This document shows positions 1 to 18,625 of a stretch of DNA of 64,000 nucleotides, piece after piece. The translations under genes and the position numbers were made by a program. The notes under the pieces were generated by a model. It made no database searches. It saw only the letters and a program-made list of their open reading frames with translations, and had not been told where the DNA came from. Position 1 is the first letter of the stretch, and each line of letters opens with the position of its first letter. The DNA is taken from assembly GCF_009914755.1 (NCBI RefSeq), contig NC_060948.1. The stretch is one strand, 5' to 3'. Source of the stretch: the human T2T-CHM13v2.0 reference genome, Homo sapiens.

Positions 1-1381
1 AATATGACATATAGTATATATTATAATTTATTACATATATAATATATGTTATATATCATATATAGAATATATTATACGGTTAATATACGTATTAAATATA
101 AATTATACATTATATATATTATATATAATATATCTGCTATATATAATACCCATTGTGCATAATATATATATTATGTCTATGTTATATAATATAAAACAAC
201 ATATAATAATATATAATTGCATATATAAAACGCGACATATAATATATATTATATTTTATGACATATGTAATATATATTATATATTATATATAATACGTTG
301 TATGTATAATACCTATATTAAATATAAATTATATGACTATGTTATTAATTACATGTCACATATGTTATATATTATATATTTTACATAGAATATACCGGTT
401 ACATACAATATATACTATGTTACCTATAATGTATAATTTATTACATGTAAAATAAAGAATGCAATATATTATGTATAATTTATAATATACAATATGTGGA
501 ATGTGATATATATAACATATAATATATGATATATGATATACAGTATATGATAAATAACATACAATATATGATACCTAATATATATGGTATACAATATATA
601 TTTTATGATATGTATTCTATATGTTTTATATTCTGATATATATAACTATTTGAAATTATATATAACTGTATAATATTTTATGTAAATATGTAATATAATA
701 TATAACTATATAATATATTATATATAACTATATATTATGTTATATATACTTTTATAACATAATTTACATAAAATATCATAATATAATATATATTATATTA
801 TTTCATATTACATAATATATATTACATATCACCCAATATAAGTAACATACATAATATTATAATATAGATTATATTATGTTATATTAAATATCATATATAT
901 CATGTATCATATATTCTATAATATATATGATACATTATATAATATGTATGCTGTCTATTATGTGATATATATAACTATATATAATTATATTATTATACAT
1001 ATTACTAGATAAACATGTAATTCTACATATTTTCATTTATAATATATAGAATTATATAATCATATATAATTATTTATATTCTATAAAAAATTATATCATT
1101 ATATAAATTATAATATATAAAAATTATAATATGTACTACAAATATATATATTATATATCATATATGATATAGTACCTTTGTTATATATCATAATACATAT
1201 AAATGTGTATTATGTTATCTATAATTATATAATTTCATATATAAGATGTATAATATGTATTATATATTATATATGTTATGTAATATATATAGTATATATA
1301 AGATGACACAGGATAAATATTATATACTATGACATATAAAATATATGAGGTTATATGTTACATATAAGGCATAGCACATAA

Positions 1382-1696
<315 letters not shown>

Positions 1697-2275
1697 AGAT
1701 CCATATTTTTTAAATGAAAAAAAATTTCAAAGGTACTCTGCTTGGTACAATAATCAAATGTATAAACTGAGGAATAAAACATAACCATGAAACCTACTTA
1801 TAACTGCATATGGAAAATACAGAGGATAATTTTTTAAATCACATATTTTGAAAGCCTTAACTAGTAATTTGAAGAGTTGGCATTTGAAAGGCCAGTATGA
1901 ATATACCTTCAAAGCAGCAACACAGGTTCCCCATGAGAAAAAGCAAACTCAGGGAAAATAAAACCACAAAGGTTCAATCTCTTCTGACCTTTGAAAGACA
2001 CAGCACAGACAGTGGTCCTTAGGACGAAGAGCAGGAGACCCCTAATTCCGTCACCATGGCGATAGGGCATAAACATTGCTGGGTGAGGGCACAATCCACA
2101 TTGTGAGGTCCAACTGCTGCCAGGAAGACAGGAGTGCTTTTACATAGACCGAAAGGTCATTGAAGGTTCAGAGTTTTGTTTCAAGAACTGAATCCCAAGC
2201 CCACACGTTATTAGGCTGCGCTTCTTAAAACAAGTTATGAGATGGGAAAAAGGGCACCTACAAACATATGTATAC
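1697..2275. repeat. HSATI-type block of the DYZ2 unit (representative copy; follows each Alu)
   Basis: About 580 bp of mixed-composition sequence between the Alu 5' end and the next AT-rich block, repeated in 16 units. The name is assigned from known DYZ2 structure. Confidence 0.8.
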
Positions 2276-4112
<1,837 letters not shown>

Positions 4113-6213
4113 AGATCCATATTTTTTAAATGAAAAAAAATTTCAAAGGTACTCTGCTTGGTACAATAATCAAATGTATAAACTGAGGAATAAAACATAA
4201 CCATGAAACCTACTTATAACTGCATATGGAAAATACAGAGGATAATTTTTTAAATAACATATTTTGAAAGCCTTAACTAGTAATTTGAAGAGTTGGCATT
4301 TGAAAGGCCAGTATGAATATACCTTCAAAGCAGCAACACAGGTTCCCCATGAGAAAAAGCAAACTCAGGGAAAATAAAACCACAAAGGTTCAATCTCTTC
4401 TGACCTTTGAAAGACACAGCACAGACAGTGGTCCTTAGGACGAAGAGCAGGAGACCCCTAATTCCGTCACCATGGCGATAGGGCATAAACATTGCTGGGT
4501 GAGGGCACAATCCACATTGTGAGGTCCAACTGCTTCCAGGAAGACAGGAGTGCTTTTACATAGACCGAAAGGTCATTGAAGGCTCAGAGTTTTGTTTCAA
4601 GAACTGAATCCCAAGCCCACACGTTATTAGGCTGCGCTTCTTAAAACAAGTTATGAGATGGGAAAAAGGGCACCTACAAACATACGTATACATTATGTAT
4701 ATAATAATATACAGTATCATATATATAATATATATAACCTATGTATAATATTGTTTTACATCCTGCATCTTATATTATATATATTGTATAAAATATAATA
4801 ATTGATAATATATAAATTTTATATTTATACAATATGACATATAGTATATATTATAATTTATTACATATATAATATATGTTATATATCATATATAGAATAT
4901 ATTATACGGTTAATATACGTATTAAATATAAATTATACATTATATATATTATATATAATATATCTGCTATATATAATACCCATTGTGCATAATATATATA
5001 TTATGTCTATGTTATATATAGTATAAAACAACATATAATAATATATAATTGTATATATAAAACGCGACATATAATATATATTATATTTTATGACATATGT
5101 AATATATATTATATATTATATATAATACGTTGTATGTATAATACCTATATTAAATATAAATTATATGAATATGTTATTAATTACATGTCACATATGTTAT
5201 ATATTATATATTTTACATAGAATATACCGGTTACATACAATATATACTATGTTACCTATAATGTATAATTTATTACATGTAAAATAAAGAATGCAATATA
5301 TTATGTATAATTTATAATATACAATATGTGGAATGTGATATATATAACATATAATATATGATATATGATATACAGTATATGATATATAACATACAATATA
5401 TGATACCTAATATATATGGTATACAATATATATTTTATGATATGTATTCTATATGTTTTATATTCTGTTATATATAACTATTTGAAATTATATATAACTG
5501 TATAATATTTTATGTAAATATGTAATATAATATATAACTATATAATATATTGTATATAACTATATATTATGTTATATATACTTTTATAACATAATTTACA
5601 TAAAATATCATAATATAATATATATTATATTATTTCATATTACATAATATATATTACATATCACCCAATATAAGTAACATACATAATATTATAATATAGA
5701 TTATATTATGTTATATTAAATATCATATATATCATGTATCATATATTCTATAATATATATGATACATTATATAATATGTATGTTGTCTATTATGTGATAT
5801 ATATAACTATATATAATTATATTATTATACATATTACTAGATAAACATGTAATTCTACAAATTTTCATTTATAATATATAGAATTATATAATCATATATA
5901 ATTATTTATATTCTATAAAAAATTATATCATTATATAAATTATAATATATAAAAATTATAATATGTACTACAAATATATATATTATATATCATATATGAT
6001 ATAGTACCTTTGTTATATATCATAATACATATAAATGTGTATTATGTTATCTATAATTATATAATTTCATATATAAGATGTATAATATGTATTATATATT
6101 ATATATGTTATGTAATATATATAGTATATATAAGATGACACAGGATAAATATTATATACTATGACATATAAAATATATGAGGTTATATGTTACATATAAG
6201 GCATAGCACATAA

Positions 6214-6528
<315 letters not shown>

Positions 6529-8656
6529 AGATCCATATTTTTTAAATGAAAAAAAATTTCAAAGGTACTCTGCTTGGTACAATAATCAAATGTATAAACT
6601 GAGGAATAAAACATAACCATGAAACCTACTTATAACTGCATATGGAAAATACAGAGGATAATTTTTTCAATAACATATTTTGAAAGCCTTAACTAGTAAT
6701 TTGAAGAGTTGGCATTTGAAAGGCCAGTATGAATATACCTTCAAAGCAGCAACACAGGTTCCCCATGAGAAAAAGCAAACTCAGGGAAAATAAAACCACA
6801 AAGGTTCAATCTCTTCTGACCTTTGAAAGACACAGCACAGACAGTGGTCCTTAGGACGAAGAGCAGGAGACCCCTAATTCCGTCACCATGGCGATAGGGC
6901 ATAAACATTGCTGGGTGAGGGCACAATCCACATTGTGAGGTCCAACTGCTGCCAGGAAGACAGGAGTGCTTTTACATAGACCGAAAGGTCATTGAAGGCT
7001 CAGAGTTTTGTTTCAAGAACTGAATCCCAAGCCCACACGTTATTAGGCTGCGCTTCTTAAAACAAGTTATGAGATGGGAAAAAGGGCACCCACAAACATA
7101 CGTATACATTATGTATATAATAATATACAGTATCATATATATAATATATATAACCTATGTATAATATTGTTTTACATCCTGCATCTTATATTATATATAT
7201 TGTCTAAAATATAATAATTGATAAAATATAAGTTTTATATTTATACAATATGACATATAGTATATATTATAATTTATGACATATATAATATATGTTATAT
7301 ATCATATATAGAATATATTATACGGTTAATATACGTATTAAATATAAATTATACATTATATATATTATATAAAATATATCTGTTATATATAATACCCATT
7401 ATGCATAATATATATATTATGTCTATGTTATATATACTATAAAACAACATATAATAATATATAACTGTATATATAAAATGCGACATATAATATATATTAT
7501 ATTTTATGACATATGTAATATATATTATATATTATATATAATACGTTGTATGTATAATACCTATATTAAATATATATTATATGACTATGTTATTAATTAC
7601 ATGTCACATATGTTATATATTATATATTTTACATAGAATATACCGGTTACATACAATATATACTATGTTACCTATAATGTATAATTGATTACATGTAAAA
7701 TAAAGAATGCAATATATTATGTATAATTTATAATATACAATATGTGGAATGTGATATATATAACATATAATATATGATATATGATATACAGTATATGATA
7801 TATAACATACAATATATGATACCTGATATATATGGTATACAATATATATTTTATGATATGTATTCTCTATGTTTTATATTCTGTTATATATAACTATTTG
7901 AAATTATATATAACTGTATAATATTTTATGTAAATATGTAATATAATATATATAACTATATAATATTTTATATATAACTATATATTATGTTATATATACT
8001 TTTATAACATAATTTACATAAAATATCATAATATAATATATATTATATTATTTCATATTACATAATATACATTCCATATGACCCAATATAAGTAACATAC
8101 ATAATATTATAATATAGATTATATTATGTTATATTAAATTTCATATATATCATGTATCATATATTCCATAATATATATTATACATTATATAATATGTATG
8201 TTGTCTATTATGTGATATATATAACTAAATATATAATTATATTGTTATACATATAACTAGATAAACATGTAATTCTACATATTTTCATTTATAATATATA
8301 GAATTATATAATCATATATAATTATTTATATTCTATAAAAAATTATATCATTATATAAATTATAATATATAAAAATCATAATATGTCCTACAAATATATA
8401 TATTATATATCATATATGATATAGTACCTTTGTTATATATCATAATACATATAAATGTGTATTATGTTATCTATAATTATATAATTTCATATATAAGATG
8501 TATAATATGTATTATATATTATATATGTTATGTAATATATATAGTATATATAAGATGTCACAGGATAAATATTATATACTATGACATATAAAATATATGA
8601 GGTTATATGTTACATATAAGGCATAGCACATAACATGTAATATATATCATCTATAA

Positions 8657-8948
<292 letters not shown>

Positions 8949-11050
8949 AGATCCATATTTTTTAAATGAAAAAAAATTTCAAAGGTACTCTGCTTGGTAC
9001 AATAATCAAATGTATAAACTGAGGAATAAAACATAACCATGAAACCTACTTATAACTGCATATGGAAAATACAGAGGATAATTTTTTAAATAACATATTT
9101 TGAAAGCCTTAACTAGTAATTTGAAGAGCTGGCATTTGAAAGGCCAGTATGAATATACATTCAAATCAGCAACACAGGTTCCCCATGAGAAAAAGCAAAC
9201 ACAGGGAAAATAAAAACACAAAGGTTCAATCTCTTCTGACCTTTGAAAGACACAGCACAGACAGTGGTCCTTAGGACGAAGAGCAGGAGACCCCTAATTC
9301 CGTCACCATGGCGATAGGGCATAAACATTGCTGGGTGAGGGCACAATCCACATTGTGAGGTCCAACTGCTGCCAGGAAGACAGGAGTGCTTTTACATAGA
9401 CCGAAAGGTCATTGAAGGCTCAGAGTTTTGTTTCAAGAACTGAATCCCAAGCCCACACGTTATTAGGCTGCGCTTCTTAAAACAAGTTATGAGATGGGAA
9501 AAAGGGCACCCACAAACATACGTATACATTATGTATATAATAATATACAGTGTCATATATTTAATATATATAACCTATGTATAATGTTTTACATCCTGCA
9601 TCTTATGTTATATATATTGTATAAAATATAATAATTGATAATATATAAGTTTTATAATTATACAATATGACATATAGTATATATTATAATTTATGACATA
9701 TATAATATATGTTATATGTCATATATAGAATATATTATACGGTTAATATACGTATTAAATATAAATTACACATTATATATATTATATATAATATATCTGT
9801 TATATATAATACCCATTATGCATAATATATATATTATGTCTATGTTATATATAGTATAAAACAACATATAATAATATATAATTGTATATATAAAATGCGA
9901 CATATAATATATATTATATTTTATAACATATGTAATATATATTATATATTATATATAATACGTTGTATGTATAATACCTATATTAAATATATATTATATG
10001 ACTATGTTATTAATTACATGTCACATGTGTTATATATTATATATTTTACATAGAATATACCGGTTACATACAATATATACTATGTTACCTATAATGTATA
10101 ATTTATTACATGTAAAATAAAGAATGCAATATATTATGTATAATTTATAATATACCATATGTGGAATGTGATATATATAACATATAATATATGATATATG
10201 ATATACAGTATATGATATATAACATACAATATATGATTCCTAATATATATTGTATACAATATATATTTTCTGATATGTATTCTATATGTTTTATATTCTG
10301 TTATATATAACTATTTGAAATTATATATAACTGTATAATATTTTATGTAAATATGTAATATAATATATATAACTATATAATATATTACATATAACTATAT
10401 ATTATGTTATATATACTTTTATAACATAATTTACATAAAATATCATAATGTAATATATATTATATTATTTCATATTACATAATATATATTACATATCACC
10501 CAATATAACTAACATACATAATATTATAATATAGATTATATTGTGTTATATTAAATATCATATATATCATGTATCATATATTCTATAATATATATTACAC
10601 ATTATATAATATGTATGTTGTCTATTATGTGATATATATAACTATATATATAATTATATTTTTATACATATAACTAGATAAACATGTAATTCTACATATT
10701 TTCATTTATAATATGTAGAATTATATAATCATATATAATTATTTATATTCTATAAAAAATTTTATCATTATATAAATTATAATATATAAAAATTATAATA
10801 TGTACTACAAATATATATATTATATATCATATATGATATAGTACCTTTGTTATATATCATAATACATATAAATGTGTATTATGTTATCTATAATTATATA
10901 ATTTCATATATAAGATGTATAATATGTATCATATATTATATATGTTATGTAATATATATAGTATATATAAGATGACACAGGATAAATATTATATACTATG
11001 ACATATAAAATATATCAGGTTATATGTTACATATAAGGCATAGCACATAA

Positions 11051-11365
<315 letters not shown>

Positions 11366-13493
11366 AGATCCATATTTTTTAAATGAAAAAAAATTTCAAA
11401 GGTACTCTGCTTGGTACAATAATGAAATGTATAAACTGAGGAATAAAACATAACCATGAAACCTACTTATAACTGCATATGGAAAATACAGAGGATAATT
11501 TTTTAAATAACATATTTTGAAAGCCTTAACTAGTAATTTGAAGAGTTGGCATTTGAAAGGCCAGTATGAATATACCTTCAAATCAGCAACACAGGTTCCC
11601 CATGAGAAAAAGCAAACTCAGGGAAAATAAAAACACAAAGGTTCAATCTCTTTTGACCTTTGAAAGACACAGCACAGACAGTGGTCCTTAGGACGAAGAG
11701 CAGGAGACCCCTAATTCCGTCACCATGGCGATAGGGCATAAACATTGCTGGGTGAGGGCACAATCCACATTGTGAGGTCCAACTGCTGCCAGGAAGACAG
11801 GAGTGCTTTTACATAGACCGAAAGGTCATTGAAGGCTCAGAGTTTTGTTTCAAGAACTGAATCCCAAGCCCACACGTTATTAGGCTGCGCTTCTTAAAAC
11901 AAGTTATGAGATGGGAAAAAGGGCACCCACAAACATACGTATACATTATGTATATAATAATATACAGTATCATATATATAATATATATAACCTATGTATA
12001 ATATTGTTTTACATCCTGCATCTTATGTTATATATATTGTATAAAATATAATAATTGATAATATATAAGATTTATAATTATACAATATGACATATAGTAT
12101 ATATTATAATTTATGACATATATAATATATGTTATATATCATATGTAGAATATATTATACGGTTAATATACGTATTAAATATAAATTATACATTATATAT
12201 ATTATATATAATATATCTGTTATATATAATACACATTATGCATAATATATATATTATGTCTATGTTATATATAGTATAAAACAACATATAATAATGTATA
12301 ATTGTATATATAAAATGCGACATATAATATATATTATATTTTATAACATATGTAATATATACTATATATTATATATAATACGTTGTATGTATAATACCTA
12401 TATTAAATATATATTATATGACTATGTTATTAATTACATGTCACATGTGTTATATATTATACATTTTACATAGAATATACCGGTTACATTCAATATATAC
12501 TATGTTACCTATAATGTGTAATTTATTACATGTAAAATAAAGAATGCAATATATTATGTATAATTTATAATATACAATATGTGGAATGTGATATATATAA
12601 CATATAATATATGATATATGATATACAGTATATGATATATAACATACAATATATGATTCCTAATATATATGGTATACAATATATATTTTATGATATGTAT
12701 TCTATATGTTTTATATTCTGTTATATATAACTATTTGAAATTATATATAACTGTATAATATTTTATGTAAATATGTAATATAATATATATAACTATATAA
12801 TATATTATAGATAACTATATATTATGTTATATATACTTTTATAACATAATTTACATAAAATATCATAATATAATATATATTATATTATTTCATATTACAT
12901 AATATATATTACATATCACCCAATATAACTAACATACATAATATTATAATATAGATTATATTGTGTTATATTAAATATCATATATATCATGTATCATATA
13001 TTCTATAATATATATTACACATTATATAATATGTATGTTGTCTATTATGTGATATATATAACTATATATATAATTATATTTTTATACATTTAACTAGATA
13101 AACATGTAATTCTACATATTTTCATTTATAATATGTAGAATTATATAATCATATATAATTATTTATATTCTATAAAAAATTTTATCATTATATAAATTAT
13201 AATATATAAAAATTATAATATGTACTACAAATATATATATTATATATCATATATGATATAGTACCTTTGTTATATATCATAATACATATAAATGTGTATT
13301 ATGTTATCTATAATTATATAATTTCATATATAAGATGTATAATATGTATCATATATTATATATGTTATGTAATATATATAGTATATATAAGATGACACAG
13401 GATAAATATTATATACTATGACATATAAAATATATCAGGTTATATGTTACATATAAGGCATAGCACATAACATGTAATATGTATCATATATAA

Positions 13494-13785
13494 TTTTTTT
13501 TTAGACAGAATCTTGTCCTGTTGCACAGGGTGGGGTACAATGGCGCCATCTTTGCTCACTGCAACTTCTGCCTCATGGGTCCAAGCGATTGTCCTCCCTC
13601 AGCCTCCCAGGTAGCTGGGACTACACCACACTGGGACTACACCAGCTGCCACCATGCCTAGCTAATTTTTTGGATTTTTAGTAGTGACAATGTTTCACTG
13701 TATTGGCCAGGATGGTCTTGATCTCTTTACCTTGTGATCCCCTTGCCTTGGCCTCCAAATTTGCTGGGATTACAGGCCTGAGCCA
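13494..13785 (-). mobile_element. Alu in DYZ2 unit 6
   Basis: Same motifs as the unit 5 Alu. Confidence 0.93.
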
Positions 13786-15913
13786 AGATCCATATTTTTT
13801 AAATGAAAAAGAATTTCAAAGGTACTCTGCTTGGTACAATAATCAAATGTATAAACTGAGGAATAAAACATAACCATGAAACCTACTTATAACTGCATAT
13901 GGAAAATACAGAGGATAATTTTTTAAATAACATATTTTGAAAGCCTTAACTAGTAATTTGAAGAGTTGGCATTTGAAAGGCCAGTATGAATATACCTTCA
14001 AAGCAGCAACACAGGTTCCCCATGAGAAAAAGCAAACACAGGGAAAATAAAAACACAAAGGTTCAATCTCTTCTGACCTTTGAAAGACACAGCACAGACA
14101 GTGGTCCTTAGGACGAAGAGCAGGAGACCCCTAATTCCGTCACCATGGCGATAGGGCATAAACATTGCTGGGTGAGGGCACAATCCACATTGTGAGGTCC
14201 AACTGCTGCCAGGAAGACAGGAGTGCTTTTACATAGACCGAAAGGTCATTGAAGGCTGAGAGTTTTGTTTCAAGAACTGAATCCCAAGCCCACACGTTAT
14301 TAGGCTGCGCTTCTTAAAACAAGTTATGAGATGGGAAAAAGGGCACCCACAAACATACGTATACATTATGTATATAATAATATACAGTATCATATATATA
14401 ATATATATAACCTATGTATAATATTGTTTTACATCCTGCATCTTATGTTATATATATTGTATAAAATATAATAATTGATAATATATAAGTTTTATAATTA
14501 TACAATATGACATATAGTATATATTATAATTTATGACATATATAATATATGTTATATATCATATGTAGAATATATTATACGGTTAATATACGTATTAAAT
14601 ATAAATTATACATTATATATATTATATATAATATATCTGTTATATATAATACCCATTATGCATAATATATATATTATGTCTATGTTATATATAGTATAAA
14701 ACAACATATAATAATATATAATTGTATATATAAAATGCGACAGATAATATATATTATATTTTATAACATATGTAATATATATTATATATTATATATAATA
14801 CGTTGTATGTATAATACCTATATTAAATATATATTATATGACTATGTTATTAATTACATGTCACATGTGTTATATATTATATATTTTACATAGAATATAC
14901 CGGTTACATACAATATATACTATGTTACCTATAATGTGTAATTTATTACATGTAAAATAAAGAATGCAATATATTATGTATAATTTATAATATACAATAT
15001 GTGGAATGTGATATATATAACATATAATATATGATATATGATATACAGTATATGATATATAACATACAATATATGATTCCTAATATATATGGTATACAAT
15101 ATATATTTTATGATATGTATTCTATATGTTTTATATTCTGTTATATATAACTATTTGAAATTATATATAACTGTATAATATTTTATGTAAATATGTAATA
15201 TAATATATATAACTATATAATATATTATAGATAACTATATATTATGTTATATATAATTTTATAACATAATTTACATAAAATATCATAATATAATATATAT
15301 TATATTATTTCATATTACATAATATATATTACATATCACCCAATATAACTAACATACATAATATTATAACATAGATTATATTGTGTTATATTAAATATCA
15401 TATATATCATTTATCATATATTCTATAATATATATTACACATTATATAATATGTATGTTGTCTATTATGTGATATATATAACTATATATATAATTATATT
15501 TTTATACATATAACTAGATAAACATGTAATTCTACATATTTTCATTTATAATATGTAGAATTATATAATCATATATAATTATTTATATTCTATAAAAAAT
15601 TTTATCATTATATAAATTATAATATATAAAAATTATAATATGTACTACAAATATATATATTATATATCATATATGATATAGTACCTTTGTTATATATCAT
15701 AATACATATAAATGTGTATTATGTTATCTATAATTATATAATTTCATATAAAAGATGTATAACATGTATCATATATTATATATGTTATGTAATATATATA
15801 GTATATATAAGATGACACAGGATAAATATTATATACTATGACATATAAAATATATCAGGTTATATGTTACATATAAGGCATAGCACATAACATGTTATAT
15901 GTATCATATATAA

Positions 15914-16205
15914 TTTTTTTTTAGACAGAATCTTGTCCTGTTGCACAGGGTGGGGTACAATGGCGCCATCTTTGCTCACTGCAAATTCTGCCTCATGGGT
16001 CCAAGCGATTGTCCTCCCTCAGCCTCCCAGGTAGCTGGGACTACACCACACTGGGACTACACCAGCTGCCACCATGCCTTGCTAATTTTTTGGATTTTTA
16101 GTAGTGACAGCGTTTCACTGTATTGGCCAGGATGGTCTTGATCTCTTCACCTTGTGATCCCCTTGCCTTGGCCTCCAAATTTGCTGGGATTACAGGCCTG
16201 AGCCA
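15914..16205 (-). mobile_element. Alu in DYZ2 unit 7
   Basis: Same motifs as the unit 5 Alu. Confidence 0.93.
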
Positions 16206-18333
16206 AGATCCATATTTTTTAAATGAAAAAAAATTTCAAAGGTACTCTGCTTGGTACAATAATCAAATGTATAAACTGAGGAATAAAACATAACCATGAA
16301 ACCTACTTATAACTGCATATGGAAAATGCAGAGGATAATTTTTTAAATAACATATTTTGAAAGCCTTAACTATTAATTTGAAGAGTTGGCATTTGAAAGG
16401 CCAGTATGAATATACCTTCAAAGCAGCAACACAGGTTCCCCATGAGAAAAAGCAAACACAGGGAAAATAAAAACACAAAGGTTCAATCTCTTCTGACCTT
16501 TGAAAGACACAGCACAGACAGTGGTCCTTAGGACGAAGAGCAGGAGACCCCTAATTCCGTCACCATGGCGATAGGGCATAAACATTGCTGGGTGAGGGCA
16601 CAATCCACATTGTGAGGTCCAACTGCTGCCAGGAAGACAGGAGTGCTTTTACATAGACCGAAAGGTCATTGAAGGCTCAGAGTTTTGTTTCAAGAACTGA
16701 ATCCCAAGCCCACACGTTATTAGGCTGCGCTTCTTAAAACAAGTTATGAGATGGGAAAAAGGGCACCCACAAACATACGTATACATTATGTATATAATAA
16801 TATACAGTGTCATATATTTAATATATATAACCTATGTATAATATTGTTTTACATCCTGCATCTTATGTTATATATATTGTATAAAATATAATAATTGATA
16901 ATATATAAGTTTTATAATTATACAATATGACATATAGTATATATTACAATTTATGACATATATAATATATGTTATATGTCATATATAGAATATATTATAC
17001 GGTTAATATACGTATTAAATATAAATTATACATTATATATATTATATATAATATATCTGTTATATATAATACCCATTATGCATAATATATATATTATGTC
17101 TATGTTATATATAGTATAAAACAACATATAATAATATATAATTGTATATATAAAATGCGACATATAATATATATTATATTTTATAACATATGTAATATAT
17201 ATTATATATTATATATAATACGTTGTATGTATAATACCTATATTAAATATATATTATATGACTATGTTATTAATTACATGTCACATGTGTTATATATTAT
17301 ATATTTTACATAGAATATACCGGTTACATACAATATATACTATGTTACCTATAATGTATAATTTATTACATGTAAAATAAAGAATGCAATATATTATGTA
17401 TAATTTATAATATACCATATGTGGAATGTGATATATATAACATATAATATATGATATATGGTATACAGTATATGATATATAACATACAATATATGATTCC
17501 TAATATATATTGTATACAATATATATTTTATGATATGTATTCTATATGTTTTATATTCTGTTATATATAACTATTTGAAATTATATATAACTGTATAATA
17601 TTTTATGTAAATATGTAATATAATATATATAACTATATAATATATTACATATAACTATATATTATGTTATATATACTTTTATAACATAATTTACATAAAA
17701 TATCATAATGTAATATATATTATATTATTTCATATTACATAATATATATTACATATCACCCAATATAACTAACATACATAATATTATAATATAGATTATA
17801 TTGTGTTATATTAAATATCATATATATCATGTATCATATATTCTATAATATATATTACACATTATATAATATGTATGTTGTCTATTATGTGATATATATA
17901 ACTATATATATAATTATATTTTTATACATATAACTAGATAAACATGTAATTCTACATATTTTCATTTATAATATGTAGAATTATATAATCATATATAATT
18001 ATTTATATTCTATAAAAAATTTTATCATTATATAAATTATAATATATAAAAATTATAATATGTACTACAAATATATATATTATATATCATATATGATATA
18101 GTACCTTTGTTATATATCATAATACATATAAATGTGTATTATGTTATCTATAATTATATAATTTCATATATAAGATGTATAATATGTATCATATATTATA
18201 TATGTTATGTAATATATATAGTATATATAAGATGACACAGGATAAATATTATATACTATGACATATAAAATATATCAGGTTATATGTTACATATAAGGCA
18301 TAGCACATAACATGTAATATATATCATATATAA

Positions 18334-18625
18334 TTTTTTTTTAGACAGAATCTTGTCCTGTTGCACAGGGTGGGGTACAATGGTGCCATCTTTGCTCACT
18401 GCAACTTCTGCCTCACGGGTCCAAGCGATTGTCCTCCCTCAGCCTCCCAGGTAGCTGGGACTACACCACACTGGGACTACACCAGCTGCCACCATGCCTA
18501 GCTAATTTTTTGTATTTTTAGTAGTGACAGCGTTTCACTGTATTGGCCAGGATGGTCTTGATCTCTTCACCTTGTGATCCCCTTGCCTTGGCCTCCAAAT
18601 TTGCTGGGATTACAGGCCTGAGCCA
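18334..18625 (-). mobile_element. Alu in DYZ2 unit 8
   Basis: Same motifs as the unit 5 Alu. Confidence 0.93.

Noticed and set aside
155-388. Ile/Tyr-rich ORFs in AT blocks (also 29032, 34117, 35404, 37632, 40020)
   Set aside because: They are compositional artefacts of TA-rich DNA that appear sporadically when a stop codon mutates.
1909-2094. Recurrent 61-aa ORF MCPHPAMF... (and the 71-aa MCFYFPCV... ORF) as genes
   Set aside because: They have non-ATG starts and no recognisable domain. Their recurrence reflects DNA-level repeat identity, and they are lost in some units by point changes.
2048-2106. Strong Kozak-like ccgtcaccATGG and a small hairpin cacaat-ccac-attgtg in HSATI
   Set aside because: The ATG opens only 16 codons (MAIGHKHCWVRAQSTL), and a 6-bp stem is expected by chance.
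15941-16141. 66-aa ORF inside an antisense Alu
   Set aside because: It is an Alu-derived frame opened by a single tag-to-ttg change in one copy.
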